Positions 17,481-42,469 of a DNA stretch of 64,000 nt are shown here, piece after piece. How positions within the stretch are numbered: the stretch's first letter is position 1; every line of letters begins with the position of its first letter. The position numbers and the translations under genes are program-made. The stretch is from the human T2T-CHM13v2.0 reference genome, Homo sapiens, in the NCBI RefSeq assembly GCF_009914755.1, contig NC_060932.1; one strand, given 5' to 3'. Below the pieces are notes generated by a model. It made no database searches, was not told where the DNA came from, and saw only the letters and a list, made by a program, of their open reading frames with translations.

Positions 17481-17779
17481 TAACTTTTGATAAAATGAGT
17501 TACATATAAGGCTTATGTGGATGATAGAGTAAGGAGAAGCATAAGGAAAAGGTGATGCATTACGTCTCTTTGGTATAATATATGAATAGTATCGACATAA
17601 AAAAGAGAGAACACATGAGGCAATAAGGTGCAAAGCTGAGAACAAACACTTAATGCAAGCAAAAAATTGGGGCTTGGACCCTCTACAATTCTTTTAAGAT
17701 ATTCTTGGGGAATGTTTCAATGTTTTGACCCTGTTTCAATAAATAAATAAATAACACAAGCAACACACACACAAACACA

Positions 17780-18780
<1,001 letters not shown>

Positions 18781-18785
18781 TACCA

Positions 18786-19208
<423 letters not shown>

Positions 19209-19426
19209 TTAGGCTATAGACTGAGTGGTGTCCCTCAGATGCCTGCAGTCACTGGCCCCAAGAACCTTTGTCCCTAAAAGAGGTGGGTTACCTTTCAAAG
19301 GCCTAGAAACTGGATATAATCAGTGAGTATAGAACAAGAACTTCCTTCGATCCCACCAACTGCAAGAAAAGCAGCTAAATACATCTGCGAAAAAAAATTA
19401 AAAATAAATAAATAAAAGAAAAACAG

Positions 19427-19737
19427 GGCTGACTTGGTGGCTCACGCCTGTAATCCCAGTATTTTTGGAGGCCAAAGTGGGTGGACCACTTGGGGTAAGG
19501 AGTTCGAGACCAGCCTGGCCAACATGGTGAAACCCCTTCTCAACTAAAAATACAAAAATTAGCTGGGCATCGTAGCGCATGCCTGTAGTCCCAGCTGCTC
19601 AAGAGGCTGGAGCAGGAGAATCACTTGAATCCGGGGGGCAAAGATTGCAGTGAGCTGAGATTGCACCACTGCACTCCAGACTGCGTGACAGAGCGAGACT
19701 CCATCTCAAAAAATAAAAATAAATAAAAGTAAGAAAA
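19427..19737 (+). mobile_element. AluS
   Basis: Full Alu. Confidence 0.9.
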
Positions 19738-19951
19738 GCAGTTAAAAAATAAGAGCAAAAAGACGGGGCCCTTTATGGAAATACAAGGAGAAGGGCTGTG
19801 AATAGCCACATCTGAAGCTGCAAACTCCAAGAAAGGGCTTGAGCCCCCAATAGAAGAAGGGAAGGAGCCAGAGGGGAACTGGGACTCTAAACATCATTGC
19901 AATTGTTACCCACGGTAGTGTAACCATGAGGAAATAGGGGTTCACTAGTAC

Positions 19952-20450
<499 letters not shown>

Positions 20451-21384
20451 TGGGATTGAGTATTCATCATATGACAGGCCCTGAGATAAATGCCCTTGGA
20501 GTATTAGCTCATCTAACTGATTAAGTCATGGCAACATGTGGCCAAATTGAGACACACTCCAAGCCTTCAGATTCCAGTCCTCATAGCTTCACTACACCAA
20601 TGTTGGAACAAACGAATACGACATTACACACACACTTCCCATAGAATTCTTAACAAAATAAATCTATGGGTTTCACGTAAATAAACATACTTTATGCTGG
20701 GTAAATATAGTTGGAAACTAAACACAGCTAAAAACAAAAAGTTTCCAGAAAACTATGTAAATGACTTCATATAGGGGGAAAAATCTCTTTCGGTTCAATT
20801 TCCTAAGTCCCATTTAATTCTATCTGCTGCATTCATACTGTCTGCATGAAGGTTTTTGCATGAAATTACAATGGCTAATGCAATGCATAAAGACAGGGTC
20901 TCCTTTAAGAGACCATTTCCTCCTTGGATGATGACAACGCACTCGGCTGCCCGTGATGTGAGCCCTAGAGTTTGGCTAACTTCACATTATTTTTACCACT
21001 TTCTGGTTTACAGATACATCTTATAATGTCAGCAATTTGAAGTCACATTTCGTTCTTCTCCTGGAATTCAGTACACACAGAATGTATTATTTCCTAAGTT
21101 CTTACCTCCCATTTGAAACTTAGAAAAATTCTCAGCTTACCCACAATTATGATTTAAAAGGTTGAAAAAGATGTGGAGAGCAATTTAAGAGGACAAATAT
21201 TATTCAGAGTAAAGCAGAAATGATTAAAGCCATCTCCAACTGTATGAAGTGTTCTTTCCTTGGGCTCCTGATAAGCTGTTCTCTCAAAAGATCACATCTG
21301 TAACACCAAGTTTTTGGGCAAAATGTTTACAGCCTGACTTCTTGTCAGATCTGAAAACATTCCATAGTCAGACATACAAGCGGA

Positions 21385-21688
21385 CACTGGTGGTTGCCTA
21401 TATTCACAGTCATGCCTCCACCTTCTGCCTTGCTAATAGTATCTCAGTTTCATTCGGGTAACACACACCCATTATTTCACATGAGTCTAGACTCTTTCCT
21501 AACCGTGACTGGTTTAATCATACTCTTATTTCCCTCGCCCAATAATTGGTTGAGATATGAGCACGTGGCATGATTCTGACCAATGAGACATGAGGGAAAG
21601 TCGGCTGTGGGAGGAAGGAGGGTTTCTGGAAAAGATTTTCCACTGATAAAAAGAGACAGCTCCTCTTCAACCACTTAAGAGTTATGTT
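21385..21688 (+). mobile_element. MLT1 (J/K-like) 5' fragment ending at a 31-bp Alu head (21689-21719)
   Basis: 'gaccaatgagacatgagggaaagtc...tttctggaaaagattttcc' then 'ggctgggcgcggtggctcaagcctgtaatc'. Confidence 0.6.
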
Positions 21689-22002
21689 AGGCTGGGCGCG
21701 GTGGCTCAAGCCTGTAATCTTTATTCTCAACTCTAGCTGTATTTTTAACGTATTTCCTTCTCACTTTCATAGTTACCTTTTCATTTCAGTAGTTCTAGCT
21801 TTCCATGTCTTTTAACTCTTTTACATCACTCTCATTTTCAAAATGTCTTAAACTTTAAGTGCTTAGTATTCTTTTTTAATTTTTTTCTTATGATTCTTAA
21901 TTTTAACTCCTCTAGCTTTTTACCTCTATTTTACTTTTTTATTCCCTTTCTCTTTCCAATATAATTTTCTTACTTATGATTGGTTTTTCTGGGTTGCTTC
22001 AT

Positions 22003-22291
<289 letters not shown>

Positions 22292-22829
22292 TGATTGGTT
22301 TTTCTTATGGCTACCAAGAAATGTGACTAGAAGTTTGCCATTGAACAAAGCCCAGAGTACAAATAGGGAAGATTAGAGGTCTTCTGCCCTCTGTACCCCA
22401 AGAACCCACACTGTGGTCTTGTACACTAGCCTATCTTGTATTTCCATATTGTTTCACCTCCCTTGGCAGGCCCCAAGATGATTTCTTATAATAAAGTTTC
22501 CACTCCTACTCCCTCCCCTTCTTCCTTTCTTCTTCACTAGGAAGAAGAAAGAAGCCTTATCATGATAAAGCTGAGATGCCAGATACCCACACACGCTCAC
22601 ACACACGCCCCACTGGGCACTAGACCATTTTCTCAAATAAGAACTTACAAGCTAAGTCAGCTGAGTAGTCCCCTCCACCTAAGGGGAAAAGAGGGCCTGT
22701 TTTACCACACATCATGGAGAAGTTCACTAGGCACTGAGAAGTCACTAAAGCTAGAGCCTCTTGTGCCTCTCTTCCAAAAACGGAACTGGACAGTCTTCTA
22801 GGGAAATTCAACTCCTGGGAGGTTCATCT

Positions 22830-23128
22830 ACTCATCCATCCATGCAACAGGTATTGAGCTTCTTTTATATTCTAGACACTGGGGATGCAGCACTGAATGA
22901 GGCAGATGTGGTCTCTGCTGTTCTGGTGATTATATTTTAATGGAAGAAGAAAGACAACAAGTATATAAATGTGCAAAATAAGTGCATTGAAGGCAAGAAA
23001 ACAGGACGTTGTGCCTAGAAGGGATGATGGGAGATATCAAGGTGGATTCTCAGAGAAAGTGTCACTTGAGGCAAAACTTGAGTGAAATAATAGAGCCAAC
23101 CATATGAATATCTAAAAATGGCAGAAAG
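22830..23128 (-). mobile_element. L2 3' end, continues at 27346-27490
   Basis: 'catccatccatgcaacaggtattgagc...ctagacactggggatgcagc'; resumes 'gcaactgcaaagggcctgaggtgggaac'. Confidence 0.75.
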
Positions 23129-23207
23129 CTAAACCAGTTTGCATTCCCACCTATGGGGTACAATGGTTCCCTTTTCTCTACATCCTCACCAATCCTTATA
23201 TATCTAT

Positions 23208-24281
<1,074 letters not shown>

Positions 24282-24617
24282 CATTTGTTTATTTTTGTTT
24301 TCATTGCCTGTTCTTTTGGAGTCCTATCTAAGAAATCACTGCCCAGATTAATGTTGAGCTTTTCTTCTAGTAGTTTTATGATTTCAGCTCTTACATTTAA
24401 GCCATTTTGAAAATAGAAGGAGATTCCTCAAAAAAAACTAAAATTAGAATTACCATATGATCAGGAATCCTTCTTCTGAGTGTATACCCAAAGGAATTGA
24501 AATCACAATGTCAAAGAGATATCTGCATTCCTATGTTCATTTCAGAATTATTCCCAATAGCCAAGATATGACAGCAATCTAAGTGTTTATCAACAGATGA
24601 ATGGAGAAAATGTGGTA

Positions 24618-24930
24618 GGCCAGGCATGGTGGCTCACACCTATAATCCCAGCACTTTAGGAAGCCAAGGCAGGTGGATTGCTTGAGCCCAGGAGTTCAAG
24701 ATCAGCCTGGGCAACAGGGTGAAACCCCATCTATACAAAATAATACAAAAATGAGCGGGGCTTGGCAGCACATGCCTGTGGTCCCAGCTACTCAGGAGGC
24801 TGAGGGCTAAGGTGAGAGGGTCGCTTGAGTCCACTGGAATCAAGAGTGCAGTGAGCTGAGAGCACACAATTGCACTCCCGCCTAGGCAACAGAGCAAAAC
24901 CCTGTCTCTAAAAAAACAGAAAGAAAAGAA
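24618..24930 (+). mobile_element. AluJ
   Basis: Full Alu; TSD agaaaatgtggt. Confidence 0.9.
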
Positions 24931-25258
24931 AATGTGGTGTATATACACAATGGAATATTATACAGTCTTTAAGAAGAAGAAAGTTTTTGTCAGTCACAAC
25001 AACATGAATGGAACTGGAAGACATTATGGTAAGTGAAATAATCCAAGCACAAGAAGACAAATGCTATATCATCTCACTTACATGTGGGATTTAAAAACAT
25101 CAAAGGCATAGAAAAAGGGACTAGGAAGGTAGTTACTAGAGGCTGGTGGGGAAGAGGACGGATGGGCAAAAGGAAGGTATTAATCAAAAGGTACTAAGTC
25201 TCAGACTGAAGAAATAAGCTTTAGTAATCTATTGTACTGCATGATGACCACAGTTGGT

Positions 25259-26186
<928 letters not shown>

Positions 26187-26228
26187 CAGAATTATTAATA
26201 ATTGTATATTTCAAAACTGCTAAAAGAA

Positions 26229-26595
<367 letters not shown>

Positions 26596-26702
26596 TTAAT
26601 TAACTTGATTGATCTTTCTACAATGTGTACATAGATCAAAATATCACATTGTACCCCATACATATACATAACTATTATTTGTCAATTAAAAATAAATAAA
26701 TA

Positions 26703-27298
<596 letters not shown>

Positions 27299-27517
27299 TA
27301 ATTTAGATAATTAACATGAAGAAAAATAGAAAAATAAATTTAAAAGGCAGAAAGTTACAGCGAAAGCAACTGCAAAGGGCCTGAGGTGGGAACAAGATTG
27401 GCTTACTGCAGAAGGAGAAAGAAGGCCATTAGGGCTCAGAGAATAGTGAGGAAGGGGAGACAGGGAAACGCGAAGTTAGGCTTGGCCACCCCGAAGGCCA
27501 GAGAGCAAGCCCTGCAA

Positions 27518-28019
27518 TGTGAGGAGGTCCTAGCCCACCAGATCACCTCTGGAGTCTCTTGCAGGACACTACAAGGAGGAGTTCTCACCACAGAGCCAAA
27601 CCTGCCCCATTCTGCACAGCCTGACTTTATACTGTCCCCCAGACTCAGGAAGAGCCTCTGTACAGCCCTCTCCTACCATAAGGACCAGATTTTTAGGCCA
27701 CTCCCAACTTTACCCAACTTACCTTCCCAAGAGTAGGCTTGGGAATCCTTCTTGGACTGACTCAACAGCGAAGCCCAAGCCACCACAGACAGCCTGGCCA
27801 TAAAGACCTGCAAGTCCGACTCATCTCCAAACCCACTTAGGGGGCATGGGCTTGGCTTGCCTGATCTGGGGGAAGCCATTCCCTGCAAGGAACAGCAGCT
27901 TCTGTGTGTGCTGAGCTGTCTGTGCTGTACGATAAGGTAAGTGGCTGCACATGCTTATATTCTGTCTGTCTAGTCTGTGTAACGTGGTTCTCAATGACTA
28001 ATGCTCCTTTTCTGTGACA
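27518..28019 (+). mobile_element. Possible old solo LTR
   Basis: ~500-bp GC-richer block bounded by tgt...tgtgaca; TATA-like 'ataaag'; no clear TSD; family not recognised. Confidence 0.3.
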
Positions 28020-28241
28020 GAGGCAGTAAAGAGTGAAGACCCTAAAAAAAAGATAACCTTGTTAATTTTCCAATATTATTTCATTTTATTATCATATGCC
28101 TATCAGACTGCCAAATTCAAAAACAGCCTTCTCCAATATTTGGAGTTTTATTTCTCCAAATGTATTAAGAGCTTGAAGAAAAGGGAAAAAAAATTATCTG
28201 TGAAACTTAATGACATCCTGCAGTTTAAGAATCATTCAGCA

Positions 28242-28555
28242 TTTTCTTTTTTTTTTTTTTTTTTTTTTTTTTCGAGATTGAGTCTCGCTCTGTCACACAG
28301 GCTGGAGTACAGTGGCGCAATCTTGGCTCACTGCAACCTCTGCCTCCTAGGTTCAAGTGATTCCCCTGCGTCAGCCTCCTGAGTAGCTGAGATTACAGGC
28401 ACACACCACCACACCTGGCTAATTTTTGTATTTTTAGTAGAGATGGGGTTTTGCCATGTTGGCCTGGCAGGTCTCGAACTCCTGACCTCAGGTGACCAGC
28501 CCACCTCGGCCTCCCAAAGTGCTGGATTTACAGGCATGAGCCACCATGCCCGGCC
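28242..28555 (-). mobile_element. AluS
   Basis: Antisense dimer; TSD tcatt(c/t)agcattttc. Confidence 0.92.
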
Positions 28556-28579
28556 TCATTTAGCATTTTCAAGAGTCCA

Positions 28580-28837
28580 TTTGGGAGGCCAAGGCGGGAG
28601 GATTGTTTGAGTTCAGAGGTTCAAGATCATCCTGGGCAACATGGGGAAACCCTGTCTCTACAAAAAATACAAAAATAGACAGTCATAATGCCATGTTCCT
28701 GTACTCCCAGCTACTTAGGAGCCTGAGGTACGAATATTGCTTGAGCCTGGGAGATTGAGGCTGCAGTGAACCAAGATTGCACCACTGCAATCCAGCCTGG
28801 GTGACAGAGTGGGACCCTGTCTCAAAAGAAAAAAATA
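28580..28837 (+). mobile_element. 5'-truncated AluJ whose tail hosts the L1PA
   Basis: Alu motifs ending 'ctgtctcaaaagaaaaaaata'. Confidence 0.85.
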
Positions 28838-29876
28838 GATTCCATTCCAATATGGCCGAATAGGAACAGCTCTGGTCTGCAGCTTCCAATGTGAATGACA
28901 CAGAAGATAGGTGATTTCTGCATTTCCAACTGAGGTACCTGGTTCTTCTCATTGGGACTGGTTGAACAGTGAGTGCAGCCCACGGATGGTGAGCTGAAGC
29001 AGGGCAGGGCATCACCTCACCCAGGAAGCACAAGGGGTCAGGTGATTTCCCTTTCCTAACCAAAGGAAGCCATGACAGATGGTACCTAGAAAAATGGGAC
29101 ACTCCCACACAAATACTGCACTTTTCCAATGGTCTTAGCAAATGGCACACCAGGGGATTATATCCCATGCCTGGCTTGATGGGTCCCATGCCCACGGAGC
29201 CTTGCTCACTGCTACAGCAACAGTCTGAGATCAACCTGCAAGGCAGCAACCTGGCAGGGAGACGGGTGTCCGCCATTGCTGAGGCTTGAGTAGGTAAACA
29301 AAGCAGCCAGGGAAGCTCCAACTGGGCAGAACCCACCACAGCTCAAGAGGGCCAGCTGCTTCTCTAGTCTCCACCTCTGGGGGCAGGACATAGCTGAACA
29401 AAAGGCAGCAGAAACTTCTGCAGACTTTAACATCCCTGTCTGACAGCTCCGAAGAGAGCAGTGTTTCTCCCAGCATGGTGTTTGAGCTCAGGGAATGGAC
29501 AGACTGCCTCCTCAAGTGGGTCCCTGACCCCCGTGTAGCCTAACTGGGAGACACCTCCAAGTAGCGGATGACTGACACCTCATACAGGCAGGTGCCCCTC
29601 TGGGACGAACCTTCCAGAGGAAGGATCAGGCAGCAACATTTGTTGTTCTGCAATATTTGCTGTTCTGCAGCCTCCGCTGGTGATACCCAGGCAAACGGGG
29701 TCTGGAGTGGACCTCCAGCAAACTCCAACAGACCTGCAGCTGAGGGACCTGACTGTTAGGAGGAAAACTAACAAACAGAAAGGAATAGCATCAACATCAA
29801 CAAAAAGGACATCCACACCAAAACCCCATCTGTACGTCACCAACGTTAAGGACCAAAGGTAGATAAAACCACAAAG

Positions 29877-30914
29877 ATGGGGAGAAACCAGAGCAGAAAA
29901 GCTGAAAATTCTAAAAACCAGAGTGCCTCTTCTCCTCCAAAGGATCACAGCTCCTCACCAGCGATGGAACAAAGCTGGATGGAGAATGACTTTGACGAGC
30001 TGACAGAAGTAGGCTTCACAAGCTCAGTAATAACAAACTTCTCTGAGCTAAAGGAAGATGTTCAAACCCATCACATGGAAGCTAAAAACCTTGAAAAAAG
30101 ATTAGATAAATGGCAAACTAGAATAAACAGTGTAGAGAAGACCTTAAATGACCTGATGGAGCTGAAAACCATGGCACAAGAACTACGTGACGCATGCACA
30201 AGCTTCAATAGCTGATTTGATCAAGTGGAAGAAAGGGTATCAGTGACTGAAGATCAAATTAATGAAATAAAGCAAAAAGAGACATTTAGAGAAAAAAAGA
30301 GTAAAAAGAAATGAACAAATCCTCCAAGAAATATGGGACTATGTGAAAAGACCAAATCTATGTTTGATCGGTGTACCTGAAAGTGATGGGAGAAAGAAAC
30401 CAAGTTGGAAAACACTCTTCAGGTTATTATCCAGGAGAACTTACCCAACATAGCAAGGCAGGCCAACATTCAAATGCAGGAAATACAGAGAATGCCACAA
30501 AGATACTCCTCGAGAAGAGCAACCCCAAGACACATAATTGTCAGATTCACCAAGGTTGAAATCAAGGTTGAAATGAAGGAAAAAATGTTAAGTGCAGCCA
30601 GAGAGAAAGGTCGGGTTACCCACAAAGGGAAGCCCATCAGATTAACAGGAGATCTCTCAGCAGAAACTCTACAAGCCAGAAGAGAGTGGAAGCCAATATT
30701 CAACATTCTTAAAGAAAAGAATTTTTGACTCAGAATTTCATATCCAGCCAAACTAAGCTTCATAAGTGAAGGAGAAATAAAATCCTTTACAGACAAGCAA
30801 ATGCTGAGAGATTTTGTCACCACCAGTCCTGCCTTACAAGAGCTCCTGAAGGAAGCACTAAACATGCAAAGGAACAATCGGTACCAGCCACTGCAAAAAC
30901 ATGCCAAATTGTAA
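29877..30914 (+). pseudogene. Disrupted L1 ORF1
   Basis: MGRNQSRKAENSKNQSASSPPK...; premature TGA at 30213-30215, frameshifts, in-frame 12-bp duplication (KVEIKVEM). Confidence 0.92.
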
Positions 30915-30977
30915 AGACCACTGATGCTAGGAAGAAACTGCATTAACTAGCAGGCAAAATAACCAGCTAACATCATA

Positions 30978-35063
<4,086 letters not shown>

Positions 35064-35479
35064 ACAATGAGAACACATGGACACAGGGCGGGGAACATTA
35101 TACCTGGGGCCTGTCATGGGGTGGGGGACAGGAGGAGGGATAGCATTAGGAGAAACACCTAATGTAAATGACAAGTTAATGGGTGCAGCAAACCAGCATG
35201 GCACATGTATACCTATGTAACAAATCTGCACTTTGTGCACCTGTACCCTAGAACTTAAAGTATAATAAATAAAAAAAGAAATAAAGAAATAAATAAAAGA
35301 CTAGTTCAAGGGTTTACCTTTCGACTATCCTAACTGAACAAGTCTAAGGATAATGGCAGTTTGTGCTCATTTATGGAATTAGTAATCCTACATGAACAGG
35401 GATCTCTAAAGAATTGATCTTGTTCTCCAACAACATAGACATTCTGTGGCACCACAGTGAACAGGATATTTAAAGTTTT

Positions 35480-36196
<717 letters not shown>

Positions 36197-36285
36197 CTGT
36201 GACTTTGTCTTAAAATAAAATGTCAATTTTATGTGATATGCGTTTTATTTTACAATGTATGTTAGTAATATTACTAAGGTCTCAT

Positions 36286-36512
36286 AGCCTAGGCAACATA
36301 GTAAGACCCCATCTCTACAAAAAAAAAATTAAAACATTAACTGGGCATGGTGGCACACACCTCTAGTCCCAGCTGCTCAGGAGGCTGTGGTGAGAGGATC
36401 GCCAGAGCCTGAGAGGTCAGGGCTGCAGTTAGGCATAATCGTGCCACTGCACTCCAGTCTGCGTGACAGGGCAAGACCCTATCTCAAAAGAAAAAAAAGG
36501 AAAAGAAAAATA
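36286..36512 (+). mobile_element. 5'-truncated AluJ
   Basis: Starts 'agcctaggcaacatag'. Confidence 0.85.
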
Positions 36513-36543
36513 AGTCATCATAATGTGTCTGAAAATTATGCTA

Positions 36544-36900
36544 TGTGTCTTAGTACACTTTGTGCTGCTATAACAGCATATCTGAGAGTGGGTAACTTAT
36601 AAAGAACAGAAATGCATTGGCTCACAGCTCTGGAGGCTGGGAAGCCCAAGAGCATGGTGTTGGCATCTGGTGAGGGCCTTCTTGCTATGTCATCCCAAGG
36701 CACAAGGCAAGAGAGTAAGAGAGGACAAGAGAGCAAGAGATCAAACTCACGGCCTCAAGCCCTTTTTAAATCATCACTAGTCCATTCATGAGGATGGGGC
36801 CTTCATGATCTAAACACCTCACATTAGGTCCCACCTCCGAACACTGTTGCATTGGGGATTAAGTTTCCAACACATGCTTTTTGAGGGACACTATATAGCG
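36544..36900 (-). mobile_element. MST/MLT1A-type MaLR LTR
   Basis: 'tgtcttagtacactttgtgctgctataaca' ... 'ggggattaagtttccaacacatg'. Confidence 0.8.
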
Positions 36901-36976
36901 CTACATTAATAGGTATGAGACTTCTTATGCAGTTTAAGAAGTTTATTGACTTCAATCTGATTATACAGACTTGACC

Positions 36977-37416
36977 ATTATGGAATGAATGTTTGCAACC
37001 CTTCATATTCATAAGAACCTAACCCCCAATATGATGGTACTTGGAGATGGGGCCTTTGGGAGGTAATTAGGTCTAGATGAGGTCATGAGGATGAGGTCCT
37101 CATGATAGGATTAGTGCCCTTAAGAGAAGAGACACTACAGAGTCCCCTTTCTTTCTTTCTTTTTTCTTTCTTTTTTCTTTTCTTTCTCTCTCTCTCTCTC
37201 TCTCTCTCTCCCTCCCTCCCTTTCTCTCTCTCTCTCTCCCCTTCTTCCTCTCCCTCTCTCTCCCCAGCCTTCTGCAATTCAGGAAGCAGGCCCTTACCAG
37301 AAACTGGACACTGCTGGACCACGATTTTAGACTCCCCAGGTTCTAGAGCTCTGAGAAAAATAGATGTCTATTGCTTAAGCCACCCACTCTGTGGCATCTT
37401 AGCCTGACCTAAGATA
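36977..37416 (+). mobile_element. MLT1A0-like LTR with CT-rich expansion (37146-37265)
   Basis: 'ggggcctttgggaggtaattaggtctagatgaggtcatgagg' ... 'taagccacccactctgtggcat'. Confidence 0.8.
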
Positions 37417-37855
37417 TGACATTTTGAAGGAACAGAAGAGGCAAATCACAGAACTACTTAGAGTGGGTCACTCTGAGGTGGAGGTTGAACTCAAATAAAA
37501 AGGAGGACTTTAATCAAAGTAAGTTAACATTCCTTTCCTTAGATGAAGGGAAAATAAGATGGTGATAAGCAAACCTGACTAGAACCTGCCAGATGCTGTC
37601 ACAGGAGTGACAGGAAAAGTGCAGGAAGCAAGAGTGAATTACACCTTCCCAAGTGCCATGCTGTATCTCAGTTGGGCATGAAGCACAGTGCCCAACACAT
37701 GCTACATACTCAAAAATATTAGTAAAATGAATGTGTAAATCAATGACCCCAGCTGGGAGGTTTAGGAGGTATAAGAAGCACATTTGTGTGAAATACATTT
37801 TAAATAGAAAAAATATATATATCATTATTAGACATGCTTTGAAAGTTATTTTGCC

Positions 37856-37986
37856 TTTTTGTTTTTAATAGAGATAGGGTCTCACTATGTTGCCCATACT
37901 GGTCTCGAACTCCTGGGCTCAAGCAATCCTCCCTCCTGGGCCTACCAAAGTGCTGGGATTACAGGCATGAGCCACCATAGCCAGCC
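37856..37986 (-). mobile_element. FLAM / Alu left monomer
   Basis: Single antisense monomer. Confidence 0.85.
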
Positions 37987-38139
37987 GAAAGCTATTTTGT
38001 GATTTGCCCTCATAAGTATATATTTCTCTTAACAGTTGATTATATACACAATGCTGTGTTTTAACAGTGTTGTCTGTGACAAACTGCAACAGAACCATCT
38101 TGGCTTCCTGGCCCCTTCCATGGCCTCTCAAATCCGAAT

Positions 38140-38677
<538 letters not shown>

Positions 38678-38942
38678 GAAATTAATTAATTTTTTTCTGT
38701 GTTCTGGTAGAGCTTCAGAAATACCTAGAAAATATTTTTAAAGAAATGCTTATTTTTATTTTTATTACCAATGAAATGTGTGCTCATAGTAGAAAATCTA
38801 GGAAATATGGATAAGCGATAAGAAGGGAAAAATAATCAGAGATGACCACTGCTAATTTTTTGGAATATTCCTATTCAATAATTGTAGGGAGATATAAAAT
38901 TTTTTATAAAACTATAATAATATTATATATAGCATGCTGTAA

Positions 38943-39279
<337 letters not shown>

Positions 39280-39642
39280 TAATAATAATAACTTTAATTT
39301 TAAAAGTATAAATAATGGTAAATATTCTACTGGTAGTTAACTGGACCCCCAATTCTCTATGATGGAATTTTTTGTAGCAATCATGCACTTGATACTGCAT
39401 TTGATTTGTAGAATTAGCATTTTTACATGGACAAGAAGCACAAAAGAATAGTAAATTATTCAAGAGGAGAGGTAGTTTGTTAAACTTGAAGCATTCGCCA
39501 AAGAAAATGTTCCCTACACGTGAAAGTTAATCAGAGTGTGGACTGCAGTCTTCTGCAGTGTGTGTATGAAAAAACCCTGTCATCAAGAAACTCACAACTT
39601 CAGGTCAGGTGACAGAATGTCCACAGTTAAATATATTCACCA

Positions 39643-40140
<498 letters not shown>

Positions 40141-40450
40141 TTAGAAGAGGTGAATTTGGCACTGGCCACTGCGCTCTCCCAAAGCCCTGCTCCCCTCTGA
40201 AATGCCAACAAGCACCCACCAACATTAACCATGAACACTGGGACAGACAGGCCAGGTCATTATTACGGAAAAGGAAAAAGAAGTTCAAGTTTAACATCAG
40301 GAAAGGGGAATTCCAGTCACAAGGTTTAAGGCACACTTTATATTGGCAAAATGTATCATCCACGTAGAAGATATAATCATCCCTGGCCTTTAAAAACTCT
40401 ACTACACAGCATCCAAAAATAAAAAGCAAACAAATACAAGGAAAAATTAA

Positions 40451-40817
<367 letters not shown>

Positions 40818-40959
40818 GAATTTTTTTCATCCTCTGCCTATGAGTTTGTTTACTATTAAGTACAAATATCTAAACTAGAAGAACTCTACCTATATATTTA
40901 GGATTCTTGAGGTCCAACATGTATACAACCTAGGAAATAGCTTTCTTAGAAAACTACCT

Positions 40960-41465
<506 letters not shown>

Positions 41466-41995
41466 TTAAAGGAACATAGTTTTTTCATTCGTCATTAAGC
41501 ATACAAGGGTCAAAGGACTGCCAAGTTGAAGCCAGATATTTGCAAATTCAGCTTGTGCTCTGACATGCTTCAGATATTTAACGACGCCTAGCAGTGTTCT
41601 CTTAACAGATTCAAATCAGAAGAATGAAGAAAGGAAGGAGGAAAAGAAGTCAGGAAGGGAGTAAGGAAAAAGAAATAAACCTTCACCAAGTAGCAAGACA
41701 CCATGTCAGGTGCTTCATAAATATGAGTTCTAAATTACATGCCTGTTAAGTCAGAAATAGTCGCTCTGACATTCATCACAATGAGCAGGGCCAGATTTTT
41801 TTTTAAGCCCTAAAGCTTTGAACATGAACTAATTTGTCCTCTAAATCCAGGTCTCTCTTAAACAAATGATGTTAATATTCTAGAGGGTTATGAGATCAAG
41901 ACCTCTGTGTGCAGTCAAATTCCTCATCCTCCCTCAATTCCAGAATAAATATCCAGGTATCCAGCCTTTAAATCCTTTGCAGTGAGGTCGCAGTG

Positions 41996-42347
41996 AGCAG
42001 GAGATCACTTGAACCCGGGAGGTGGAGGTTGCAGTGAGCCAAGATCATGCCACTGCACTCCAGCCTGGGTGACAGAGTGAGACTCTGTCTCAAAAAATAA
42101 ACAAACAAACAAAAAAAGTGTGTAGCACTTCCTCTTTCTCTCTCTCTCTCTCTCCTGCTCCACCATGTGAAGATGTGTCTCTGTCTGCTTCCCCTTCGCC
42201 TTTCACCATGACTGTAAGTTTCCTGAGGCCTCCCCAGCCATGCTTCCTGTACAGCCTGCAGAACTGTGAGTCAATTAAACCTCTTTTCTTAATAAATTAC
42301 CCAGTCTCAGGTAGTTTCTTATAGCAATGCGAGAACGAACTAGTACA
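41996..42347 (+). mobile_element. Alu right-arm fragment followed by the 3' half of an MSTA/B LTR
   Basis: 'aaagtgtgtagcac...ctgtgagtcaattaaacctctttt...gagaacgaactagtaca'. Confidence 0.8.
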
Positions 42348-42469
42348 CCATGTTATCTATATATTCTGAATTTGTATCAAGGGAGAATTATTGGTTAAAA
42401 GAGCTAGAAATGTTTGCCCTTTCAGAAGGCGGACATGACTGACCTCTTCGTAGGTTTGAAAGACTGTGA

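Noticed and set aside
20925-20990. C-box-like 'atgatga' as a C/D snoRNA
   Set aside because: No properly placed CTGA D box or terminal stem.
21689-21719. 'ggctcaagcc' variant as evidence for a monkey genome
   Set aside because: Single instance; the full AluYs read 'ctcac(g/a)cc', so the species cannot be assigned from it.
27883-27895. 13-mer ctgcaaggaacag shared with the micro-retrocopy at 8628-8640
   Set aside because: Flanks do not align; plausible chance match.
28683-29339. 218-aa minus-strand ORF
   Set aside because: Antisense L1 5' UTR running into an Alu; no evidence of expression and not a clear intact ORF0.
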